Source: a virus. From it: a stretch of 64,000 bases of DNA. The notes under the pieces were generated by a model. That model saw only the letters and a program-made list of their open reading frames with translations, did no database searches and had not been told where the DNA came from. Below, piece by piece: positions 35,461 to 44,482 of this stretch. How positions within the stretch are numbered: position 1 is the stretch's first letter; every line of letters starts with the position of its first letter. The position numbers were made by a program, and so were the translations under genes. The stretch covers positions 8,801-72,800 of IMG/VR virus record IMGVR_UViG_3300037755_000598; one strand, written 5' to 3'.

Positions 35461-36740
35461 TGAGACGGCGCCGTTTTCAGGAAGGCGGCCTTGCCGCGCT
35501 CGCCAGTGATGACCCCGATGAGGTGATGGACCCTGAGGGCGACGAAGAAGATAGCCCCGCTGGCGCGGTGACGGCTTCTGGCGGTCTCACTGCGCTGGAT
35601 ATTCCGGGCGCCGCTGAAGCGTTCGCGCTCATGGCGAAAAGCTCGGCGGATGCGCGCCGCGCGCTTCAACAGGCGCGCGAATCCATCATGTCGCGCAAAT
35701 ACAATAAGGCGCACGCGTTGCTCGCCGCATCGGCTGCGCTCGGCGCGCCCACTCGCGCGGGCTCCACCGCCGAATCATTCGGCGCTATGGCAGGCGCGTT
35801 GCGCGACCCATTGAAGGAACGGGAGGCTTTCGAGCAGGGGCAGACGAAAGATATTCTCGGCATTGATACATCGCTTGCCGGTCTCGATGAGAAGCAGGCG
35901 CAGGCGCAGATCGCGCTCGCCACTCTGCGAGCGAAGCTCCGGAACGACCTGAACAAGGCCCCGCTGGAGAGGGTCATGGAGCCCGGCCAGAAGAATCCTA
36001 TCGGCACGCGGCGAGGGGATGCGGTAGGCAAGCCGTTGTGGGTGCCTGAAGGCACGAAAGTCAGCATCGATCAACGCGGCGAAACGAAACAGTCCGAAGT
36101 TATCAACGAAGGTTACGGCAAAGACTATAACCAAATGCAGTTGGCGGGCCGTGCGGCCCCGGTGCAAATCGCGGAGATGCTGCGCCTCGGCGATTATCTG
36201 GATGGCATCAACACCGGCAAGCTCGCCCCCGCGATCACGGAGCTGCAATCTATCGGCGCATCTCTTGGTATCAAGGTTCCCAATCTCGGAGTGAAACAGG
36301 CGGCGGAAGCCCTGTCGAATGGGCTCGCGCTCAAGTTGCGCAACCCTGCTGAAGGCGCCGGCATGCCGGGCGCGCTCTCCAACCAGGACCGCAATTACCT
36401 GAAGCAGATGGTGGCCGGTATCGGGAAATCGCCAGAAGCCAACAAGCTCATGATCCAGGCCGCAGTGGCGCTTGCCCGGCGCGATCAGCAAGTTGCGCGT
36501 CGCGCGCGGGCCTATCTGAAGAAGCATAAAAAAATGGACGAGGACTTTTACGACGAGCTTGAGGAGTGGAGCGAGGCGAACCCGATCTTCGGTGAGCCGA
36601 AAGCGGCGGCCGCGCCCGATGAGGCGGACGCAGGGACCATGGAGCCCGCCGCCGTCATGTCTGACATTCCATCAGAAGACGACGCGGTTGCGGTCCAGCC
36701 CGGAACAGTTTCCTTCCACAGTTTCCGCAAAAAGCAGTAA
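35457..36740 (+). CDS. internal virion / ejection protein
   Basis: position in ejection cluster; helical; GALSNQD motif. Confidence 0.65.
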   Translation: MMRRRRFQEGGLAALASDDPDEVMDPEGDEEDSPAGAVTASGGLTALDIPGAAEAFALMAKSSADARRALQQARESIMSRKYNKAHALLAASAALGAPTRAGSTAESFGAMAGALRDPLKEREAFEQGQTKDILGIDTSLAGLDEKQAQAQIALATLRAKLRNDLNKAPLERVMEPGQKNPIGTRRGDAVGKPLWVPEGTKVSIDQRGETKQSEVINEGYGKDYNQMQLAGRAAPVQIAEMLRLGDYLDGINTGKLAPAITELQSIGASLGIKVPNLGVKQAAEALSNGLALKLRNPAEGAGMPGALSNQDRNYLKQMVAGIGKSPEANKLMIQAAVALARRDQQVARRARAYLKKHKKMDEDFYDELEEWSEANPIFGEPKAAAAPDEADAGTMEPAAVMSDIPSEDDAVAVQPGTVSFHSFRKKQ

Positions 36741-36743
36741 CGC

Positions 36744-38966
36744 ATGCCGAGCCCAGCACCACAGACTGTCTCCGTCACGATGCCGGACGGGACCGTCGTC
36801 ACCGATGTTCCTACAGACATCACGCAGGAAGAATTGTGGGATCGATACACTGCCTCGCAGAAGGCGGCAGCACCAATCGACAAGGCGCTTGCCGGCGACG
36901 AAGCGGGGCAAGCGGTACATCAGGCGCAGCGACAGAATGAATACGCCGCACGTCAGGCGGCCATCGCGAAGTTTGAGCAGGAGAATCCGCAGGCGCGTGT
37001 GGGCGCCGACATCATGCGCGAGCCCGCGCCGCCCATCGATCCCTACTTGCAGAACCGCGAAAAGCCGCTGCCACCCTCCCCCGTACAGAAGTTCGGCACC
37101 GCATACAAACTCGGTAATGTGGAGGACGAGGAAACGCAGCGGCGCATCATGGCGCGCGACCTGTTTCCGAACGATCCGAACGGAATAGATCGAGTGGGCT
37201 TCCGCGACGGCGTGCCCGTGTACGTCGATGACAAGGGCGAGCTTCAGCAGCTCACCTCCGGACATCAACGCTTTTTCGCGAACATGGCAGCCAATGCGCC
37301 AGAGACCGCGATGGGCATCGCCGGATCGTTTGCTGGTCCTGCTGGCGCGGCGCTCGGCTCTGCCGGCGCGCACGGAATCAAACGTGGTGTCGCGAGCCTC
37401 ATCTTTGATGAGCCGACGACTCCATTGCAGAACCTCGGCGGCATGGCGATTGAAGGCGGCCTGTCACTCGCGGGCGATGTTCCGGGTCGCGCGATTGGCG
37501 CATTCGGCAATCGCGGCACGTTCGTAGATATGACACCGGCTCAATTGCGTGCGGCGCAGGACGTGCAGCGGCGAATCAAAGACACCATGCGCATTGATAC
37601 AGACATCGCGCAGGCATCCGGCAATCGCAGGCTCATCGCGATGCGCCAGATGCTGTCCCGCTATTCGGGTAAGGCGGCCGACACATTCCAGGAGCTGGAT
37701 GAGCGGGCGACGGGCCAGTTTCACGAAGCGACAGACCGCGTGCTCGATGCCATCGCCACCGCGAAGCCTGCGGAGATTGCCGAAGCCGGCGGCGTGAACG
37801 CGGCGGACGCTGCCATCCGCACCGCGAAGCGCGACGTGAGCAACAAGGTACGCCCTCTATATAAAGCGGCGTACGACGCGAATCCCGCGATCACCGATCC
37901 GGAAATCACGAAATTCATGAGCCTGCCATTTTTCCCGGAGGCGTACGAGGAAGGGCAGCGCATTGCAGCGCTGGAAGGATGGCCTGCGCCGAAGCCGAAG
38001 ACCACAACGACAAGAACTCAGCACCCGCTCACTGGCGAATGGGAAACCACGACCGATAAGAAACAGGTGTATGACTTGCGCGGCCTGGATTATCTGAAAC
38101 AGGGGATCGATGACGTAATCTCTCGTCTTGAGCCGGGCGGCTCACCGACGAAACTTTCCGGTGCACTTCGGCAGCAAAAGAAAGATTTTGTAGAAGCTCT
38201 GGATAAGCTGCCATCCGGTGAATACAAGGCTGCGCGTAAACTTTACGGAATACTGTATGCGGCGAGCGTTGCCCCCCTGAAGAATGGCCCGGTTGGCGTG
38301 CTGGCGCAGCTCAAGGATAAGAACGCAGTGGGCGCGGCGGCTCGCGTGTTCGGCGATTCCAACGTGACAGACACGCAGATTTCGCTCGCAAAGAAAGCGA
38401 TTGAGGCCGAGAACCCCGACGCCTGGAATGACCTGACGCGCACGTGGTTGACCGGCGTATTCGACAAGGCCCGCACTGAATCCCAGGCCGGCATTGAAAT
38501 CGCCCCTGGCGGCAAGGCGCGCAAACTCGTGTACGGCACGCCCAAGCTGCGCAAGAAGATGGAGCAGATTCTTCCGGCCGGATCGCACAAGGATTTTGAT
38601 GACCTGATGTTTGCCGCACAGAAGATTTCGAGCACGCCTATCTCGGGCTCCAACACGATGCGCGATGAGGAAATGAAGGAAGTTCTCAAGGGCAACGCTA
38701 TCCCCGTCTTCAAATGGATCACGCAGTTTCGCAAGAAGACGATTGACACCGCCGAACGGATTGCGCTGGAGAAGGGCAGCGAAAAGCTCGCCATCGCGAT
38801 GACTGACCCGACGAAGATCAAACACATTCGCCGCGTCCTGCGGATGAAGCCCTCGACGCAGCAGGCTATCCTGCTCTCAACAATCATCGCCGCGCGCACG
38901 GCCGGCGACGCCGCACGCACCGCGCTCCCCGAAGAAGACTCGATCAACTTCGCGCCTGCGGAATAA
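36744..38966 (+). CDS. large internal virion / ejection protein
   Basis: 740 aa Ala-rich helical protein at end of structural operon. Confidence 0.65.
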   Translation: MPSPAPQTVSVTMPDGTVVTDVPTDITQEELWDRYTASQKAAAPIDKALAGDEAGQAVHQAQRQNEYAARQAAIAKFEQENPQARVGADIMREPAPPIDPYLQNREKPLPPSPVQKFGTAYKLGNVEDEETQRRIMARDLFPNDPNGIDRVGFRDGVPVYVDDKGELQQLTSGHQRFFANMAANAPETAMGIAGSFAGPAGAALGSAGAHGIKRGVASLIFDEPTTPLQNLGGMAIEGGLSLAGDVPGRAIGAFGNRGTFVDMTPAQLRAAQDVQRRIKDTMRIDTDIAQASGNRRLIAMRQMLSRYSGKAADTFQELDERATGQFHEATDRVLDAIATAKPAEIAEAGGVNAADAAIRTAKRDVSNKVRPLYKAAYDANPAITDPEITKFMSLPFFPEAYEEGQRIAALEGWPAPKPKTTTTRTQHPLTGEWETTTDKKQVYDLRGLDYLKQGIDDVISRLEPGGSPTKLSGALRQQKKDFVEALDKLPSGEYKAARKLYGILYAASVAPLKNGPVGVLAQLKDKNAVGAAARVFGDSNVTDTQISLAKKAIEAENPDAWNDLTRTWLTGVFDKARTESQAGIEIAPGGKARKLVYGTPKLRKKMEQILPAGSHKDFDDLMFAAQKISSTPISGSNTMRDEEMKEVLKGNAIPVFKWITQFRKKTIDTAERIALEKGSEKLAIAMTDPTKIKHIRRVLRMKPSTQQAILLSTIIAARTAGDAARTALPEEDSINFAPAE

Positions 38967-38975
38967 GGATAAGTC

Positions 38976-39602
38976 ATGCCTTCCGAAAGCAAGCCGCTGT
39001 CAACGCTGATGGCGATGGCGTCGCGCCACCTCAAGACTGTTAAAACGCGCGGGAGCGCGCAGGGAAATCCCGGCGGCGGCGCGATGAAGCCATCTGGCGG
39101 GGGTCCGGCAACCATGATGGGGCACGCATTGTCCGGCACGCAATTCGGCCAGCCTGATTCGCTGATCCGCAAGGCTCAGGATACTTTCGCCCGCTTCGCA
39201 AGCGGGGGCGCCGTGAAGAAACCCGCCGCAAAGCCAAAAGGCCCCTCGCTGAAGGAGCGTAAGGAAATCCGCGCGCTCATCGAGCGCGGCAAGACCGATG
39301 CAGTGAGCGCGCTGCATGCGACGCGCGATGCGCTTCTCAAGAATGCGCCGTCGCCTCCAGATGTCGATAGCACCCTCGGGCGCTTGCGTGGCCAATTGGC
39401 CATGAAAGACGGCGGAGAAGTGGAGTCTGAAGATGAGGCGCCGATGACCGGCGATCCCGCCGTCATGTACCAGGAATATTCGGAACTGATGGAGGCCCTT
39501 CAGAACCCGAAGATCGATCCTGAGCTGCAAGCAGAAATGATGGATCGAATGATGGAAATTGAAAATTCCCTTGGCATGGGCGAAGAGGCGCAAGTCGAGT
39601 AG
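38976..39602 (+). CDS. hypothetical protein with FASGG/MKDGG motifs
   Basis: ORF after ejection genes. Confidence 0.6.
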   Translation: MPSESKPLSTLMAMASRHLKTVKTRGSAQGNPGGGAMKPSGGGPATMMGHALSGTQFGQPDSLIRKAQDTFARFASGGAVKKPAAKPKGPSLKERKEIRALIERGKTDAVSALHATRDALLKNAPSPPDVDSTLGRLRGQLAMKDGGEVESEDEAPMTGDPAVMYQEYSELMEALQNPKIDPELQAEMMDRMMEIENSLGMGEEAQVE

Positions 39603-39625
39603 TTCACACAACAGCAGAGGTTTTT

Positions 39626-39844
39626 ATGGCTGATGAATCCCCGCCCGTGACCAATGGCTCACGCCTGATGCCATCCAGGTCCACGGTGTTTGGCACTGGC
39701 GGCGGCGTGGCGCTCGCTCCAATCCTCATCTGGATTTTCGGATTGTTTACAGACGTGCAGATGCCGCCCGAGATTGCCGCCGGAATCGGCGCGCTCATTG
39801 GCAATGTAATCGGATATTTCTTTGAAGGAGGCAGAAAAGTATGA
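39626..39844 (+). CDS. holin-like two-TM membrane protein
   Basis: 72 aa, two hydrophobic segments, basic C-terminus. Confidence 0.5.
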   Translation: MADESPPVTNGSRLMPSRSTVFGTGGGVALAPILIWIFGLFTDVQMPPEIAAGIGALIGNVIGYFFEGGRKV

Positions 39845-40065
39845 GAATCGCAATCATCGGAATTATCGCGCTGTCGCTGTGCGGCTGCTCGATCATCATG
39901 CCGAAAGCCGGCCCGCAGCTCGCGAAGGCCGTGAACAAATACTGCGCAAAGGTTTCTCAGGAAGAACGCAAGCTGCTGCGCGATCAGGTCAACGAGGCAA
40001 TCATGCCGAATCAGGCGTGCGTGTACTGCGATGGAGACGAGGCCGGGCGCTGCATTACTCCGTAA
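39841..40065 (+). CDS. lipoprotein (possible outer-membrane spanin)
   Basis: signal peptide with lipobox-like LSLCGC. Confidence 0.5.
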   Translation: MRIAIIGIIALSLCGCSIIMPKAGPQLAKAVNKYCAKVSQEERKLLRDQVNEAIMPNQACVYCDGDEAGRCITP

Positions 40066-41560
40066 GCGCCACGTTCCGGACGCCGATCCCGTACGAATGA
40101 CGCTCGGTATCCAGAGGCACCAGTAACGCACGGCGCTCGCGCCCGGTCGGCGTCGTGCGCAAGAAATCGAAGGCTTTCTGAAGATTCCTTTCCACGGTGT
40201 GCTCAGCACACCCAAGGCGCGCTGCAACCTCTTTGTTGCTCAGACCTTCAGCGCGTAAGAGATAGGCGCGGCGGGGCGCATCTGTCAATTGATTGAACCG
40301 ATTGCGGAGCGCCCGGCGGTCGATGAATTCGTCTTCCGCCTGCTCAAGGATAAGCGATGGGTCTCCGTGGTGCTCAGCGTAGAGCGTCCATCGAATACGG
40401 CCGCTGCCCTGTAGCTCGTCAAAGTCATCCGTGAACGTCGCCCCACGCGACCACTGTGAACGCATCAAATCAATCGCGGCGTTCCTGCATACCGATAAAA
40501 GAAAATACCGCACGTCATCGATTGCTGTTTCTCGCGCTTTCTTCAGCATCGACATGATGCTCTCGGCAATCACATCTTCTCGATCCGCTTCGGTCAGCTT
40601 GCGCCTGAATTTACTCAGGGCAGCCCGCAGTTTTGGGATTGCCGCCAGCGCTTCGGCGGCATAGTCACGCGGAGCAAGCCCCTGCTCAATTTCGCGGGGC
40701 AGCAGGCGCCGCTGAAAGTTTCTGCGTCTGGCGATCACGCGTCGCTCGATCACTTCGCGTGTGGCATTGAAGTCCGAGAAGGGCCGCGCCACGAGCTGTC
40801 CCTCCGCGATGCAGAGCACGTCCCCGCAGGACGCCCTCACGGCGATCCCGTCCGCCAATGGCCCATGCGTCTTCTCCCACAAATAAGCCGTCACGGTGCG
40901 ACCTGATGCCGGCGCGAAATCCTTGTGATTCACGTACGGAATTCCCTTCCCCGCCGTTTTCCCCTTCCATATCACGCAGCCGTTCGGCATCCGCTGGCTC
41001 AGCGCCGCGATGCGCTCATCGACGGTCTGCCCCCGCTTTATCGTCGGCTCTTCCCATGTCCCCATCTTAAGATTGCGCAACCGTCGTTTCTGATATTGAT
41101 TCAGGCACGCGCGGCAGCGCCGTTTCTTTTTCCCGTTCGCGGACACTTTCCAAATGATGTTGTCGTCGGTCCACTGATGAAGTCCCGCCGCACACCGCGC
41201 TTTCTCTTTCTTCCCCGCCTTGGGTCTTGGCATGCCCACCGGGATCTGCTTGCCACGGAAATAACACTTGCGGCAGCGGGGCATCCGCTTGCCCCTCCAC
41301 AACATCAGGAGGATGTTTTCGCCCTCGATCTTGTGGCCGCGCTTGCATACTCCTTTGGTCAGCCTCACGGAGAACGGCTGATTTACGCCGGCCAAGCGAT
41401 CCTTTACGGCCTGTTCAAGCGATCCGCTGCGCTCAACGCGAGCGCGCAATCCCCCGGCGCCGGATAGCTTCAGATAGCGCGCCCACTGAGTAATGCTGCG
41501 GGGGAGATTATCCACGAAGTTCAGGGCCACCCGCGTACGAATCCCTTTGCTCTCAGTCAT
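40055..41560 (-). CDS. ECF sigma factor fused to Zn-finger repeats and degenerate HNH-like domain
   Basis: two C..GH...N....R.CR.C units; GC.IWKG...VRASCGDVLC; sigma2 (REDVIAES...RNAAID.MR) and sigma4 (GLSNKEVAARLGCAEHTVERNL). Confidence 0.75.
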   Translation of the reverse strand: MTESKGIRTRVALNFVDNLPRSITQWARYLKLSGAGGLRARVERSGSLEQAVKDRLAGVNQPFSVRLTKGVCKRGHKIEGENILLMLWRGKRMPRCRKCYFRGKQIPVGMPRPKAGKKEKARCAAGLHQWTDDNIIWKVSANGKKKRRCRACLNQYQKRRLRNLKMGTWEEPTIKRGQTVDERIAALSQRMPNGCVIWKGKTAGKGIPYVNHKDFAPASGRTVTAYLWEKTHGPLADGIAVRASCGDVLCIAEGQLVARPFSDFNATREVIERRVIARRRNFQRRLLPREIEQGLAPRDYAAEALAAIPKLRAALSKFRRKLTEADREDVIAESIMSMLKKARETAIDDVRYFLLSVCRNAAIDLMRSQWSRGATFTDDFDELQGSGRIRWTLYAEHHGDPSLILEQAEDEFIDRRALRNRFNQLTDAPRRAYLLRAEGLSNKEVAARLGCAEHTVERNLQKAFDFLRTTPTGRERRALLVPLDTERHSYGIGVRNVALTE

Positions 41561-41564
41561 TCCT

Positions 41565-42173
41565 CTATTCCCATCGAGTCATCCTGAGCCGCCCCATTTT
41601 CCTGAATCCAAGCTCCACACGATACGACTGCACGACGTGTCGGATTCGCCGATGCATCTTTGAAAGATGATGCTCGACCGTGTTTTCGCTTATGGCGAGC
41701 GCTCGCGCAATTTGCTTCTGCGAATACCCATTCGCTCGCATTACATACAGCTCGCGCTGCCTTGCCGGCAGGGCAGCAATAATTTCCGCAGTGATCCGCT
41801 GTCGCGTTTCGATCAGAGCGTCATTGTGCATTTCCACCGCTGGGTCAGATTCTTCTGGCGCTTCGCAGGTCAGGAGATAATCCGGGAAACCGTTGACCTC
41901 TTCCCCCCGCATAAGCACTACGCGTCTTGGGTAAGACGACCGGCCGAAGTCGAGCATGAGGCGGGATGCGATGGTGGTCATGAACGCGATCATGCTTTCG
42001 GGGGCTTGGGATTTGCACTGCTTGCTGACCCGGATGAGTGTTTCCTGAAGAATGTCCTCCACGTCCCCGCTGTGTTTGGCGTACTTTTGAAATAGCATCT
42101 TCTTTATAGACGGCAGGCAGGCTATGGCTTGGGCCAATGCCTCGTGCTCGCGATCCCGGGTTTGCCGCGGCAT
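41565..42173 (-). CDS. ECF (FecI-like) RNA polymerase sigma factor
   Basis: DVEDILQETLIR; LPARQRELYVMR..GYSQKQIARAL.ISENTVEHHL. Confidence 0.85.
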   Translation of the reverse strand: MPRQTRDREHEALAQAIACLPSIKKMLFQKYAKHSGDVEDILQETLIRVSKQCKSQAPESMIAFMTTIASRLMLDFGRSSYPRRVVLMRGEEVNGFPDYLLTCEAPEESDPAVEMHNDALIETRQRITAEIIAALPARQRELYVMRANGYSQKQIARALAISENTVEHHLSKMHRRIRHVVQSYRVELGFRKMGRLRMTRWE

Positions 42174-42176
42174 TCG

Positions 42177-42701
42177 CTAAAAGCAGAGCGCCTGCGCGAG
42201 CGCCCGCATGCCTTTGCCGAGATGTTGCTCGACGGTGTTTTCAGCAATTCCAAGGTGCGCCGCAATTTCCTGCTGCGTGAGGCCGTACACCTTTCTCAAG
42301 GTGATAACGTGTCTGCACTTTGTTCCAAGGCCAAGCATCGCGCGCGTCAGCAGCGCAATCTCCTGATGGGAGTTTAGAATCTCTTCCACCTGCGGACGTT
42401 CATCGAGCAATTCCAGGCTGTCCATGTCGGCAATCAGGTCAATCGGAACGACCTTCTTGTGACGAATAAAATCTATAGCCACGTTGTAAGACAACTTCAG
42501 AGCTAAGGCACGCGGCGAGCGAATATCGGTAGCGCCGGAGCAAGCCGAAGCCCAGGCCCGCAGCAATACTTCCTGCGACAACTCTTCCGCATCCGCTGTG
42601 TTGCGGACGTAGCGGTAAAGTTTCGCTCTTATCAGGGATGTCATGCCAACATAGACATTAAATATGGCTTCAGCGCTCGCTCTTTCGGCAGTCTTCATCA
42701 T
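42177..42701 (-). CDS. ECF (FecI-like) RNA polymerase sigma factor
   Basis: DAEELSQEVLLRAW; NVAIDFIR; CRHVITLRKVYGLTQQEIAAHLGIAENTVEQHL. Confidence 0.9.
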   Translation of the reverse strand: MMKTAERASAEAIFNVYVGMTSLIRAKLYRYVRNTADAEELSQEVLLRAWASACSGATDIRSPRALALKLSYNVAIDFIRHKKVVPIDLIADMDSLELLDERPQVEEILNSHQEIALLTRAMLGLGTKCRHVITLRKVYGLTQQEIAAHLGIAENTVEQHLGKGMRALAQALCF

Positions 42702-43387
42702 TGACGTTCCACGGCGCGCAACCACGTGACAATGGCGCGCACTTCGGGAAGAAATTTCTCAGCGTGTTCCTTGGTGAAGCACTTCGCAAGATTCTTCGGG
42801 TCATGGTTGCGCATGAACGCCGAAATGTTGCGCAGATACTCGGCGAGTATCTGACGATCTGTTCCGCGAGCGTTGCAGCGCTTCTGATCGCTGAGCCGCA
42901 TCAGAGTAAGTTGACGGCCGGTCACGGACTCTTCGGAATCCACTGCTGCTTCAAAAATATCGAGCGGAATGTGGCCGATGTGTATGGCTTTCGCGGTCAC
43001 CCCCACAGTAAGCCCAGCTTCTCGCGCCACTGCTCGCCGCCCTTTACCGCCTGTGCGCTTTTCGCCCACCGATGGGAATTCCAGCAGCAGTTCTCCCAGG
43101 CGTCGCCAAGCGCGCGCGTTGATCCTGCGCGCCATGATGAGCATGCTTTTGTCCTTCGCCTGTTGCGCGTATGAATTTATCATCGCGGCCATTCCGGTGA
43201 AGCGCTTGGTTTCATCGAATTTTTCGCATTGCTGAAGTGCTGCCACCGCAGTCTGGTAGAACTGCGGCAAAGAGACATCTTTCGAGTCAGCGTTGTTGGC
43301 AATATAGCCGGCAAGCATTTCAGCTTCTTCGCGAGTTAGCTGCTTTGCCTCGGCCTCAGTAAACGGCAGCGCAACTATAGTGTTCAT
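42698..43387 (-). CDS. hypothetical protein with RA.RRLGELL motif and HTH-like segment
   Basis: paralog of 43384..44385; ATGA overlaps. Confidence 0.65.
   Translation of the reverse strand: MNTIVALPFTEAEAKQLTREEAEMLAGYIANNADSKDVSLPQFYQTAVAALQQCEKFDETKRFTGMAAMINSYAQQAKDKSMLIMARRINARAWRRLGELLLEFPSVGEKRTGGKGRRAVAREAGLTVGVTAKAIHIGHIPLDIFEAAVDSEESVTGRQLTLMRLSDQKRCNARGTDRQILAEYLRNISAFMRNHDPKNLAKCFTKEHAEKFLPEVRAIVTWLRAVERQ
43085..43135. repeat. 51-bp exact direct repeat, copy A
   Basis: identical to 44092..44142; encodes MARRINARAWRRLGELL. Confidence 0.9.
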
Positions 43388-44385
43388 TGGCAGCTCTCCA
43401 GTTCCTTTTGCAGATGCAGGAACCACGCGCCGAGCTTCGACGCCATCGCCTTGATTGAATCGGCATCGCCGCCAAAGGCGCGCGACAGTTGCTCGGGCCT
43501 GAACGCGCGCGTGAATTCGGCGAACTCGCCTATCTCACGGATGACCACCTTGCGCATGTTGCCAGGGCCAAGCCCATAGGCTCTGGTGTTGAACTCAGGC
43601 AAGCTCCCGCGCGCGCGCAATAGCTGGTAACCGGATACGGAGCGCTCGCTCTCCACGACGGTGTTAAACAGCTCCAGCGGCAATTCAGCAATCTTTGTGG
43701 CTTTGCGCTGCTCGCCCTTCGTGATGCCGCTGGCTTCGGCGACTCCGCGCTGCGTCAGCTCGCGCGGGATTTGGTCCGGCTTCCTGCGCGGATTGTGAGG
43801 CATGGATGTAACGAGCGTAACGATTTCATCGTCACCCATTTTTCTTGCATCGGCGGATTTGAGCATCACGCCGCCGTTCGGCCCACGGAACGATTCGGCC
43901 AGTCCGCAGTTCACGAGCAACGTGCCGATATGCTTCGCGGCGCTCCCGGGAATGTTTGCCAGCTCGGCAAGCCTGTGGGACAGCATCGGCTTATCCGCGC
44001 TCATGTGCGGCAGCATTGCCCGTGCGTATTCGTGGTATTTGCGTGGGACGCCCGTTGTCGTCGGCCCCATCCTGGCTTGCGGGCACTGATTCAGCAGTTC
44101 TCCCAGGCGTCGCCAAGCGCGCGCGTTGATCCTGCGCGCCATCGCCTCCATGCGATCATCCTTCGCCTGCTTGGCGTAGACGCCGATCATGTCCGCTTTG
44201 CCGATGTACTGTCGGCACTCATCCAGCCGGTCGCAATCGTGGAGGATCATGACGACGCGCGCGTAAAACTCCGGAAGCACGACCTCGCTTGCGCCCGGCA
44301 CCGTGAGTGCCGCCTGAATGATCCCCTGTTCTTCTGCCGTTAAAATCTCGTCCGCCGGAAGCGGACTTCCTTGGGATTTCCCCAT
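43384..44385 (-). CDS. RA.RRLGELL-family protein with inserted Rrf2-like wHTH
   Basis: LAELANIP...KHIGTLLVNCGLAESFRGPNGGVML matches Rrf2 L...GLV.S.RG..GG..L. Confidence 0.65.
   Translation of the reverse strand: MGKSQGSPLPADEILTAEEQGIIQAALTVPGASEVVLPEFYARVVMILHDCDRLDECRQYIGKADMIGVYAKQAKDDRMEAMARRINARAWRRLGELLNQCPQARMGPTTTGVPRKYHEYARAMLPHMSADKPMLSHRLAELANIPGSAAKHIGTLLVNCGLAESFRGPNGGVMLKSADARKMGDDEIVTLVTSMPHNPRRKPDQIPRELTQRGVAEASGITKGEQRKATKIAELPLELFNTVVESERSVSGYQLLRARGSLPEFNTRAYGLGPGNMRKVVIREIGEFAEFTRAFRPEQLSRAFGGDADSIKAMASKLGAWFLHLQKELESCQ
44092..44142. repeat. 51-bp exact direct repeat, copy B
   Basis: identical to 43085..43135. Confidence 0.9.
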
Positions 44386-44482
44386 AGCTCGCCCTCTTTT
44401 TGTGGCTTGCGACTTGGGTAATACTACAGAATGTTATACGGGATTGCGCGTGGGGCCTGCGCAACAACAGCGCTGCATTATT

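Noticed and set aside
13490-39172. Long minus-strand ORFs (e.g. 15959..17110, 18663..19805, 22308..23390, 24588..25988, 38243..39172)
   Set aside because: Antisense to well-supported structural genes; typical of GC-rich codon bias, no motifs.
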